A DNA stretch of 64,000 nucleotides from the NCBI GenBank assembly GCA_951406725.2, contig OX597824.1, positions 55,242,001 to 55,306,000 of the forward strand, read 5' to 3'. The DNA is from Octopus vulgaris. Its lineage: Eukaryota. A model generated the notes under the pieces. It did no database searches, had not been told where the DNA came from, and was given only the letters and a program-made list of their open reading frames with translations. The translations under genes and the position numbers were made by a program. This document shows, in pieces, positions 28,542 to 39,829 of the stretch (position 1 is its first letter; the number at the start of each line of letters is the position of its first letter).

Positions 28542-30514
28542 GCCGTAAAAGGAAAAGAAAAAAAACATAAGGTCAAGTGTCGTGGCGGGGATCGTGGGGT
28601 CCGTAGACCCGCCCCATTCCATTTGTAAATCTGTCCAAGTAATTGTATCATCATTCGAAAATTGTATAATTATCATCCAATTTTTAATCGACCCCAAAAC
28701 ACATTTTAATGTAAAAATCATTCGTGATTGTTTTGTCCTCCCTGTGTTGCCCTTTATGGGTAATAAAGAAAAATCAGTTGGCTTTTTGGCACTCGACTGA
28801 TGTAAATCGTGTCCCTCACGCTCGCCACTCACGCCGCCTCGAATCTTTGTACCGCTATTTCACGCCTGAAATAAATCGCTGTATAAACTTACACCTCTTG
28901 TCTGCTCGTCCTTTCAACTACTGCTTTCGTCTGTCCAGTTTTGCTGATTACGACCACAGTCCTTTTCAGGGCTAATTCAAGTCTGATCTGAATGTGATAA
29001 CAGTCCTTTTTAGGACTATTCTTGGATCGGATCTAATTGCGATAATCGTCCTTTTAAGGGCTACCCTCAGATCAGACCAGAAGTAGTGGCCAAGAATCAT
29101 ACCCGCTACACCTGCTATTCTTATCAAAGTGTTTATTTATAATTTTGAATATAGATTTGACTAAATTAGTTTTAATTTGTTTAGCATACAGGAGTATAAG
29201 CCAATTACTATCTTTTGCTTTTCCAATATTCCTACCATATGACTCACTTTTATTGCTGTTCGAGTGATGAATGCTATGTTTATGCTTATTTGTATTTATC
29301 ATCTTGTTATCTATGTTATACATGTTAGTTGCTCCATTGGTGGTGCTACCATTAGGTTTCTGCTTATAATATTTTATGTTGTTGACATTATGATTAATGT
29401 TATTGTCGGTATTATATATACTGCGCTTCATTCTTATTGTTATATTATTATTTTTATTGTTATTATTGTTGTTATAATTGGTGTTGCAATTTCTATTCTT
29501 TTTAGTGTTGGGGACAATAGGTTTCTGTACTTTATTGCTTAATTCAGGTAAATTCCTTATTTTTGCTATTGATGTTATCAATATTATTACAAGTCACTAT
29601 ATTATCATATGGAATATATTTAATTTTACTTTTCTATCCTGCATTTTTTAGTGCCCTGTTATATTGTTCTTTATGTTTATTGAATAAATCCTCATTAGAA
29701 GAGAGATAAGAAATTATTTTACTAATGCTTTTTATAAGAGCCTTTTTTATCGATTGTGGTTGATTACTAAGAGAGTGTATAAATTTTAAGTTAGAGTTTG
29801 CTTTCGTGTAAGGTTCATGCAGTCCCATATCTAAATTACAGTTAACATCTAGGTAGTTGATTGAGTAGTTTTCATGCTCTATAGTGACAGAAAGGCCGAA
29901 TCTATTGAAAAATTTGTCCAAATGGTTTTTAAGTAGTTCTAAGCATCTGTTAGAGGTATTTCTAATTATAAAAAGTACATCATCACTGTAGAGTCCCCCT
30001 CCAAATTCTGAGAATTCCTCACTTAGGTTGTCTAATTTCTATTAGACACAAGATCAGTCACTTCTGCTGGGGTATATTTCTTGCCCACAATTTATAATCA
30101 GATTTACTAATAGATTTTCAGGCCATGAGGATTACATTGATTTCTTTCATGCTGATCTTAGTGTGGTTCTTTGCAAATTTAAGAGCACTATTTAAGATAG
30201 TTTATGGAGGAGTAGTAATTTTGAATATCTATTTGTAAAAATTTATGTTTATCCTTATGTTGTATATTAGAGAACCAATCTATTATGTTTTGGGTATTAG
30301 TCCATAATTCAAGTTTAATCCTTTTCCTAAGGGTAGGTATGTACTTATCTGAAATTACTTTGCTAAGAATGAGTTTGGTTTTATCACAAATTTAGCTGTT
30401 TTAGTATTAAGTTACTTACATTAATATGTGTAATGTCATAAATGTACATGTATACATGTTAATAGAGTAAACATTTGATTTAAATCATCCTTTTCATTAA
30501 AGGTACCAGTGTGT

Positions 30515-30700
30515 GAGTGGAGACATGTGGCTTAGTGGTTAGGATGTCAACACCATGATCATAAGATTGTGGTTTCGATTCCTGGACCGGGCAACGCGTT
30601 GTGTTCTTGAGCAAAATGCTTCATTTCATGTTGCTCCAGTCCACTCAGCTGGCAAAATGAGTAATGCTGATATGGACTGGCATTCTGTCCAGCTAGGCTT
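30515..30700 (+). mobile_element. tRNA-derived SINE (truncated)
   Basis: A box tggcttagtgg, B box ggtttcgattcc, body gtgttcttgagcaa...ccactcagctggcaaaatgagta shared with 32905-33230. Confidence 0.7.
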
Positions 30701-30751
30701 TAAAAGGGCGCATTTATTTTTATTTTACCAGTGTGTGATATACATACATAC

Positions 30752-30782
<31 letters not shown>

Positions 30783-31370
30783 CATACATACATACATACA
30801 CACACACTAGTTATAATTTGTCTCCTACACCTTGGCTTTGTAAACTGATTGAAAATGTACGCATATGTATCACTGAATGATAGCTGTATTAACGTTACCA
30901 TCCCACTGCCACTCCATATTTCTTGCTTACACAACACTGTTCTCTTCCTTGATATCAGTCACTTTCCCTATTCCACCTCATTTCTCTCACACTAACGCCC
31001 TTCTCATTTTATCCAAAAATAGCCCATCTTATCATTACAATTTTATAAGTTATAAGATATATAAATATACATTAAATAAATAAAGCAATAAGATACAATT
31101 TTGTCATGAGGGAAGAGGAGGTATAGAAATGTATGTATGAGATTTTAGTAACATAGAGCAATATATAATATAAATAAAAAAAAAATTTCACTTAAATGAG
31201 TAGATGCTCATACAAACATATACACACTTATACACAAACATATATGCATACATTTTAGTGTGCAAAACTACTAGATTTACAGAAGTGTATATATATATAT
31301 GCACATAACCACATATGAATTGTTGGCAATTTGTTTTCCTCCTTCTTCCTTTCTTATGGGACTTACCTCT

Positions 31371-31405
31371 GTTTCTGAAGAAGAGCTCTGCTTAAAATGT
31401 AAAAC
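31371..31405 (+). ncRNA. Decayed minimal HHR relic
   Basis: gttt-CTGAAGA-aGAGCtctGCTT-AAAA-TG-TA-aaac; differs from CGAAACG by CpG-type transitions. Confidence 0.4.
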
Positions 31406-31517
31406 CACCATTCTTTCCTTCCCTGAGCTTCTGCTAGTACTTCACATGTACCACATCCTCATGTTGTTGTTTTTTTGTGTTTGTTCTTCGTTGTTTTGGA
31501 TTTACTATATATATATA

Positions 31518-31897
31518 CTAGCAGTATCGCCCGGCGTTGCTCGGGTTTGTTTCGACCCGCTGGAATTGGAATTTTTTAAAAGTAAAACTTTTGCATTATG
31601 TAGCTTGTTATTCTCTTCAAGTGAACATTTTTCTGGTTGAAATACACCAAAAAGTGGCGACACAGCAGTGACAAAATCGTAAAAAATATGGATTTTCATA
31701 GAAAAAAGCACCTTCTTGATGTAAATAATTTTTGGTGTTAACATTTGAATTTTATCTTGTACGGAAGGAAGAGCAACCCTTCTTCTATCATACTCTAATT
31801 TTGGTCAACTTGCACCGCAGGGTCTCGGAGGAGATAGTGTTAGTCGAAGGCTACCAAACCTGGCGCACACAGACAACTTCAGCTTTATATAGAGAGA
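31518..31897 (-). mobile_element. Non-autonomous Helitron
   Basis: Same 3' hairpin + CTAG end as 9903; TC 5' start. Confidence 0.7.
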
Positions 31898-32086
31898 TAT
31901 AACACACACACATTAATACACATAAATACACACACACACACACACACAGACACACACACACACGCGCACACACACACACACACACCTTCTTAGCTTACAA
32001 TTTGTTTCTTTCAACAATTGACAACTGAAGTATGCTCGCAAATTAATACTACGAAAACTTAGCGACAGAAAGTAAATTAAAAACCA

Positions 32087-32531
32087 ATCGTAAAATATTG
32101 AGTTTTCTCGAATTTTTGCTTAATTGGGGGTCAAATTGAAAGAAATTTCAATGCCATGACCCAATGGAATGTACTTCGAAAAATCATAGGTAAATTTCAA
32201 TTGAAGAAACTGTGTGAGGAGTAAATCGTTATGTATTTATTTGTTTCTGTTTCCTGTGTATTTTTTTGAGTAGTGGTTTAAGGTACACTTGCAAAGAGAA
32301 AGTAGGAGAAAGTGTGGTAATAGAAGGAGTGAAGCAGTTGATATGAGAGAGGCAAATCGTAAAATATTTAGTTTTCTCGAATTTTTGCTTAATTGGGGGT
32401 CAAATTGAAAAAAATTGATATGCCATGACTCAATCGAATCTACTTTGAAAAATCATAGGTAAAGTCCAATTAAAGAAATTCTATTAAAAACAAACTATGT
32501 CAGAGGCAGAGAAAATCTGCCTTTTATCATA

Positions 32532-32537
<6 letters not shown>
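32087..32537 (-). repeat. ~270-bp-spaced direct duplication, possible Helitron 5' fragment
   Basis: aatcgtaaaatatt(g/t)agttttctcgaatttttgc...aaaatcataggtaaa occurs twice; ends like the Helitron 5' terminus. Confidence 0.45.
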
Positions 32538-32564
<27 letters not shown>

Positions 32565-32567
<3 letters not shown>

Positions 32568-32718
32568 TCATCATCATCATCATCATCATCATCGTTTAGC
32601 GTCCGCTTTCCATGCTAGCATGGGTTGGACGGGTCAACTGGGGTCTGTGAAGCTGGAAGGCTTCGTCAGGCCCAGTCAGATCTGGCAGTGTTTCTACGGC
32701 TGGATGCCCTTCCTAACG
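32565..32718 (-). mobile_element. RTE/SINE 3' tail with (GAT)n
   Basis: Family terminal motif. Confidence 0.75.
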
Positions 32719-32904
32719 ATATATATATATACACACATATATTTACACACACATATTTGCAAAAATATTCATGTACATATGCACACATACAAACACACAT
32801 TTATATACACCAAATATATACACATCCATACATGCATTCTTTATACATATATAACCACATATATGTGTGTGTATATATATATATATATATATGTACATGT
32901 ATAT

Positions 32905-33230
32905 AGATGGCACTCCATCAGTTACGATAATGAGGGTTCCAGCTGATCCGATCAATGGAACAGCCTGCTCATGAAATTAACGCGCATGTGGCTGAGCACT
33001 CCACAGACATGTGTACCCTTATAATATAGTTCTCAGGGGTATTCAGCATGACACAGAGTGTGTCAAGGCTGGCCCTTTGAAATACAGGTACAACTTATTT
33101 TTGCCAGCTGAGTTGACTGGAACAATGTGAAATAAAATGTCTTGCTCAAGGACACAATGCGTCACCAGGAATTGAACTCATGACCTTGCAATCGTGAGCC
33201 AAATACCCTAACCACTAATCCATGTGCCAT
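32905..33230 (-). mobile_element. tRNA-derived SINE
   Basis: Minus: tggattagtggttaggg (A box), gagttcaattcc (B box), tgtgtccttgagcaagaca body. Confidence 0.75.
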
Positions 33231-33262
33231 ACATTATATATATATATACATATATAACCATA

Positions 33263-33692
33263 AGGCGCAGGAGTGACTGTGTGGTAAGTAGCTTGCTTAT
33301 CAACCACATGGTTCCGGGTTCAGTCCCACTGTGTGGTACCTTGGGTAAGAGTCTTCTACTATAGCCTCGGGTTGACCAAAGCCATGTGAGTGGATTTGGT
33401 AGATGGAAACTGAAAGAAGCCCATCGTAGATATGTAGATATGTATATATGTATGTATATATATATATATATATGTATGGGTGTGTATATGTTTGTGTGTC
33501 TGTGTTTGTACCCACAACATTGCTTGACAACTGATGCTGGTGTGTTTACGTCCCTGTAACTTAGTGGTTCAGCAAAAGAGACCGATAGAATAAGTACTAG
33601 GCTTACAAAGAATAAGTCCTGGAGGTTGATTTGCTCAACTAAGTGCAGTGCTCCAGCATGGCCGCAGTCAAATGACTGAAACAAGTAAAAGA
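33263..33692 (+). mobile_element. tRNA-derived SINE, second family (CORE-like body)
   Basis: ggcgcaggagtgactgtgtggt...gggttcagtccc, ccttgggtaag core-like segment, internal (TA/TG) tract, A-rich end. Confidence 0.65.
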
Positions 33693-33695
33693 GTA

Positions 33696-34063
33696 TCTCT
33701 CTCTATATAAACGGCAGTTTGTCTGTGTGTGTTTCTGTGTGTCTGTTTGGTTGTACTCTCACCCTGACCACGGCTTTCAACCGATTCTGATGAAACTTGA
33801 CACACACATAGCCCAATGTCATAATTCAAAACTAACGCAGCGAAAATTTTGAAAAGTTCCCCCAGTTCTGAAAAAAATCGATAAATTCGACATGGGGTCG
33901 AGAATCAGAAACACAAACCACAGACTGTCTAGGGGACGCAACTCGACCTTTTTTAACTCTCAAAAAATCCCCATTTTTTTGCTATTTTTTGGCTATAACT
34001 CTCTAAAAATGCTTTATAGTTATTTCCCTTACAAACCTGAGCAACGCCGGGCGATACTGCTAG
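33696..34063 (+). mobile_element. Non-autonomous Helitron
   Basis: A|TC...gagcaacgccgggcgatactgCTAG|T. Confidence 0.75.
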
Positions 34064-34074
34064 TATATATATAA

Positions 34075-34409
34075 ACTCTGCTTGCGAAGACCTGTTGAGG
34101 CAAGTGAAATCGAAATCGATCAAAAATCAATGGAAATTGCAGTTGTGATACCTGTGCCAGTGGCACGTAAAAGAACCATCCAAACGTGGCCATTGACAGC
34201 GCCGCCTCAACTGGCCTCAGTGCCGGTGGCACATAAAAAGCACCCACTACACTCACGGAGTGGTTGGTGTTAGGAAGGGCATCCAGCTGTAGAAACACTG
34301 CCAGATCAGACTGGGCCTGGTGCAGCCTCCTGGCTTCCCAGACCCCAGTCGAACTGTCCAACCCATGCTAGCATGGAAAGCGGATGTTAAACGATGATGA
34401 TGATGATGA
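34075..34409 (+). mobile_element. RTE 3' UTR/SINE-like repeat
   Basis: Family terminal motif and (GAT)n. Confidence 0.75.
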
Positions 34410-34787
34410 TATATATATATATATATATGCACACATACACATACATACATATATATAGTTTCCCTAGCCTTTTGATTTCTGGAGCATCAGGTTTCAGATA
34501 ATTGAAAAGTATGTTATTTTCCATGCATTATATTGACTGTACTAAAGTAACATGTTTAAGAAATCAAAATTAATCCCATCACATTTAATTCATTGTTTGT
34601 TATTTCTAAATTCAATCATGTGGTTTTATTTCATTCAACTACCAAGTTTCATAAAAATTGCTCCAGTTTAACAATTATATTGTTTATATATGTCACTAAA
34701 CATCACATCACAAAACAAAAACGTGATTGCTTCAAATCATAGCACATGTAACACAAGAAATGTTCAAATTATGATATAGTAGAAGAC

Positions 34788-34829
<42 letters not shown>

Positions 34830-34991
34830 TGTGTGTGTGTATATATATATATACATACATATATATATAACGGGAAGCTTTATGAAAATAAACAAAAGAC
34901 GAAGGCAGGTTTACGGAAATAAACAAAAGACGAAGGCAGGTGGAATGCAAACAAACAATTGTATTAGTATGGCGCTCAGGAAATATATATA

Positions 34992-36520
34992 TCATCATCA
35001 TCCCTTAATGTCCGTTTTCCATGCTAGCACGTGTTGGATGGTTCGATCCGAGTCTGGGAAGCCAGGAGGCTGCACCAAGCTCCAGTCTGATCTGGTAGTG
35101 TTTCTACAGCTTGATGCCCTTCTTATCGCCAACCACTCCGTGAGTGTAGTGGGTGCTTTTTACATGCCACCGGCACATGTATCACAACTATTTATTTTGA
35201 TGTTGATGTACTTGACTCAATAGGTCTCCTCAAGCACAGCAGGTCACCCTATGATCCAAGGTAAGCACAGCAGGTCGTTCTGCAATCCAAGGTACTTTGG
35301 ATGGGCTGGGGCTATGCGAAACTGGTGCAGGAAACAGCCATGAACTCACATTATTTGTGGGGTCTTTGCTGTCACAGCATATCTCCAGAGATCTCGGTCT
35401 TTTGTCATTGTCTCTGTGAGGCTCAACGTTTGAAGGTCATGCTTGACCACCTCATTCCATGTCTTCCTGCATCTACCTCTCCCCCGGATCCCTTCAACAG
35501 TTTGGGAGTGGCACTTCTTACATATCTCTCCTCATCCATCCATAGTACATGACAATACCAATGCAAACATCTCTCTTGCACACCACATCCGATGCTTCAT
35601 ATATCCAGCATTTCTCTCAGGGTGCTTACACTCTGTCGTGTGTGCACACTGAGATTACACATCCAGCTGATTATGCTAGCTTCATTTCTTTCAAGCCTAC
35701 GCATGTCCTCTGCAGTCACAGCTCATGTTTCACTACTGTGAAGCATGGCAGTTCACACACATGCATCGTACAATCTACATTTCACTCTGAGCGAGAGACC
35801 CTTTGTCATGAGTAGGGGTAGAAGCTTTCTAAACTTTGCCAGGCTATTCGTATTCTAGTGATGACACTCTCTGAGCATCCACCTCCACTACTAACTTGGT
35901 CACTTAGGTAGCAGAAACTATCAACTACTTCTAGTTTCTTCCCCTGGAGTGTGATGGAATCTGTTTTCTGAGTATCTGTAGTGTCTATTGCCCCTGTGCA
36001 TCTGCCACACACGAAAGCTATCTTCTTGGTTAATTTTCCTTTGATGTTGCTGCACCTCTTATGTGTCCATAAGATGGGTACATCTTATGGAGTTTCTACC
36101 TTCACCTTTTTTACAGATTGAGCAGGGCCACCTACTTGAGGGTGTGTGTGATGAGTTCGCCTTCCTACTTACTAGAACTTTGGTCTTTGCTACATTTACT
36201 CTAAGGCCTTTTGATTCTAAACCTAGCTTCCACACACAAAATTTATTTTCAAGTTCCGGTAATTCTGCTATGAGGGCCAGGTCATCAGCATAGAGGAGCT
36301 CCCAGGGGCAACCCGTCTTGAACTCCTCTGTTATTACCTGGAGGACTATGATGAAGAGAAAGGGACTGAGGGCTGAACCTTGGTGGACGCCTAATTCTAC
36401 CCGGAATTCTTCACCATACTCGTTGCCAATCCTAACCTTACTAACGGCCTCCCTGTATAGGGCCTGTATAGGGCCTGTACAGCCCTTATCAACCATTCAT
36501 CAATCTCCAGTTTCCATATT
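34992..36520 (-). mobile_element. 5'-truncated RTE LINE (RT C-half + 3' UTR)
   Basis: GVHQGSALSP, LLYADDLAL, GLRVNVAKTK, FCYLSD; (GAT)n tail at 34992. Confidence 0.88.
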
Positions 36521-36530
36521 GCCCAATATA

Positions 36531-39500
36531 TATATCTGTAAATATAATATGTGACAATTATTTGGTTGCCATGATAAAATTCTTAGTTTCGGATGTTGGG
36601 GCAGAAACCCACACCAGCTTATTTTGGAAAATTGCCAGAAATCGGTTAAGGACTCTACCCCGCAGAAGAATTCAATTTGGACACCTACTACATCAATTAT
36701 TCTATGAAAAACATACCTATACCATCAAGGGAGCTATACTCTAAGAAACTTTTGGAGAAAATTACAGACCTTATTAAGTACATGAGATGGAAAGCTTTCT
36801 TTTACAACATGGAAGAGGACACTACATATTCTATGGTATTAAATCTAAGAAATTTTCTCCAAAAATCAAAGTCTTGGACGACTTTGAAGCGGACCTACTG
36901 AAGCTCATGAACAAAATAAAATTTCATAATTCTTTTAACACTTTCCAACAGAAACTAAAGAAAGATACCAATTGCATAAAAAGTTTTTAAAAAATGGCAC
37001 TTTTTTCCAATAAAACCAAGAACTTATACCTAGTAGAAAACAGCACATATTGACGACTCCTACGCACAGCATCATCAATAATTACACCAAGGCTAGGCCA
37101 CAAACCTATAACGAAATTAATAAAGAAGCTAGCATTATCCCCGCCAGACTTAAATTAGATTTTAAAAAATAGAGGTCCTCCTCAAAAAAGAGGCCTTTAT
37201 AACTATCAAAGACCATAAAAAGAACTTCCTATCTAATCCTAAATGTAGGCTTATTAACCCAGCTAAATCAGTACTTGGCATTATTAGTAAAGAAATTTTA
37301 GGAAAAATCAATGTAAAAATCAGGAGTGCCTCTAGGTTAAGTACAATGGTCCAATAGTATAGAAGTCGTTGACTCATTTAAAGCCATTAAGAATAAGAAT
37401 AAAGCAAGATTCATGCAATTCGATATCGTCAATTTTTATGTCTCTATCTCAAAGGAACAATTAGATAAAGCCCTCACTTTCGCAAGTGAATCCATAGAAA
37501 TCAGTACACAGGATAAGGACATAATCTTCCATGCTAGAACAACTTTACTCTTCAGCAAGAATGCAGAGTGGATCAAGATTACTGATACAGAGGGTGCTTT
37601 TGATGTGAGCATGGGGATCATATGATGGGGCAGGCATATGCGATCTTATTGGACTATTCCTACTCGATATGTTGGGGAAAACTTTTCCTGACGTATACTT
37701 TGCCATTTACAAAGATGATGCCCTCCCTTAACCGCAAATACCAATGGACCAGCACAGGATTGCTTTAGGAAGGACATTATCCATTTGATGAAAACTTTCG
37801 GTCTTAGCATAACTACAGACACCAACCTGACAGTTGTCCATTTCCTAGATGTATCCTTAGATCTAAATAACAATATTTATAAGCCTTATAGGAAGCCCCA
37901 CGATAGACTTAGTTATATTAATGTGGGTTCCTGCCATCCCCCCATAGTGTTTAAAAATTTAGTTAAAAACATTAGCAACAGCATTTCTAGCCTCTCCTCC
38001 ATTGGGACATTTTTAATAAAAGATAGTGGATTTAGTGAGGAAATAACCTATACACCTGCCACCAGTCCAATAATAAAGAAGAGGAAACATAGGAATAGGA
38101 AAACTATCTGGTTCACACACCCCTACTCACCCGAAATGACCATCAATATAGGCAAGTATTTCTTAGCACTGATAGATAGACATTTTCCAGTCAACCATAG
38201 TTACAGGAAGCTCTTCAATAGACATAACTTAAAAATCAGTTTCAGCTCAACTACTAATTTTAAAGATATAATTGCACACAACACACAAAAACCACAATAT
38301 GAAACCAACTGTTCATGCAGGGATAAAAATGTGTGCCCACTAAATGGAGCTTGCATGTCTGAGACCATCATTTATGAAGCCACTGTGGACTCTATATCCA
38401 CTAAGGACATGGTTTTGATGAAGAAATACGTTGGCCTTATAGAGGGTAATTTCAAGGCCAGGTTCAATAGTTACACCTTGAGCATCAGGCACTGGGATAA
38501 AAGGAAAACGACCAAATTATCCAGTCATATATGGTCCTTAAAAGATAAAGGTGTCAATTACAACATCCAATGGAAGATTTTAGCCAAATGGAAGCCCTAC
38601 ACCAACGGCAGTGATAAGTGTGCTCTTTGTGATATGGAAGGATGGCTCATCTGGAAAAGCAGCTTAGACCCCCACCACATGTCTGAATTCAAGAACTGAA
38701 CTTTTTGAATTATGCCCATATGTGGCTAAATATTAGTTACGTTTTTGGTCCCCCCCCCCCCGAGATTACAGATAGAACAAGCTTTCTATATTGTGTCCAT
38801 GTACAAGCTTTTTATCTCTCTATACTTTTTACTTATATTTTTTATATATATCTATAAATATTTTTTACACATTTATAGATATTGTTTTATAGGTTTATTG
38901 CTTATATTTTTTTTGCATATTTTTTCTGTATTCTACCTTCCACCCTGCATTTTCCCTGTGCGTATATAGACATGTATATAGAATCTTTTGTGCACGCATG
39001 TGGATGTGTGTGTGTGTGTGGGGGGTATGTGTGCATATAGACGTGTGTGTGTGTGCATGCATGTGAGTATGTGCATATATAGATGTGTTCTACTCATTGC
39101 CTTTTTTACACATTTTTTAACACATTTTCCTGTATTTTGCCTTTAGTCCTGTTTTTTCTTGTGCATGTGCATATATAGATGTGCAGGTATGTGCATATAT
39201 AGTCGTGTGTGTGCATGCATACAGATTGTGCGCATATAGATGTGTTTTACTCTTGTTACTTATTTCTTTATACATATGTTGCCTCTAGCCCTGTTTTTTT
39301 CTTGTGCATGTGCGTATATAGACGTGTGTATGAACCTTTTTTGTGCGTGTGTGTGTACGAGCGTGTATGTGGGTGTGTATATATTTTTGGGCGAATGTGT
39401 GAGTGAGCATGTGTGTGTTTCAAGTGAGGGTGGATGAGTATATATTTATAGGCGCATGTATGTGGGTGTGCGGGTGCATATGTGTAGGTATGGACATGCG

Positions 39501-39770
39501 CACTTATGTGAATACTATGAACATTTTTACTCCCTTACCTTTACTCCTTCCCCTCACTTAGCGGTCATTCTAATAGCTAGCTCTTTTGTCTTAATAATGG
39601 TCATGCACACAGTAATTTCCCTTTGTTTAACAGTCATTTTCATAGCATTTTTTCGATGGCCGGATAACTGAAGAGATGGCAGCGTGGGTTTCCGCCCCAT
39701 CATTCAAAACTTGGAGTTTTATCATGGCTACTGAATAATTGTCGCATATTATATTAATAGATAAATTCCT
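36531..39770 (+). mobile_element. Degenerate PLE (CxC-x4-C linker type) with short inverted terminal repeat containing HHR parts
   Basis: SMKNIPIP, MRWKAFF, QFDIVNFY, FLDV, CSCRDKNVCPLNGAC, IIYEA..KYVG..R, CALC. 36531-36620 is inverted to 39680-39770; HHR relic at 39663-39723. Confidence 0.85.
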
Positions 39771-39829
39771 CTATTTACATAATATCAAGGTCTCTATCAT
39801 TCTTTTGTTGTCTTACCATCTCCTACCCA

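Larger units (their letters stand above)
23312..28774 (+). mobile_element. Apparently full-length L1/Tx1-clade non-LTR retrotransposon (inactive)
   Basis: ORF1 + ORF2, AATAAA and short A-tail at 28762-28773, ~16-bp TSD cagttgg(tc/ct)ttttggc at 23296 and 28775. Confidence 0.85.
23086..29110 (+). mobile_element. Solo LTR (~550 bp; 23086-23311 + 28791-29110) interrupted by a LINE
   Basis: TGTA...TACA termini, 5-bp TSD CCTGC (23081-23085/29111-29115), ATTGG boxes, TATAAATA 23266, AATAAA 28870. Confidence 0.7.
22728..30400 (-). mobile_element. Degenerate PLE (same type as 11257-14119) split by solo LTR + LINE; pieces 22728-23085 and 29111-30400
   Basis: YLDVNCNL..HEPYTK and CDFRNKNNCVLDNSCKRKNVIYQ; removing 23086-29115 rejoins the frame DKNSRYSEIINSKTIKIGL. 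Confidence 0.8.

Noticed and set aside
23280-28883. 13-bp direct repeat ataaatcgctgta as the LINE TSD
   Set aside because: The 16-bp cagttgg..ttttggc repeat directly follows the polyA signal and A-tail, so it fits better
30515-30590. tRNA gene
   Set aside because: A/B boxes run into a SINE body with no acceptor-stem closure; this is a SINE head
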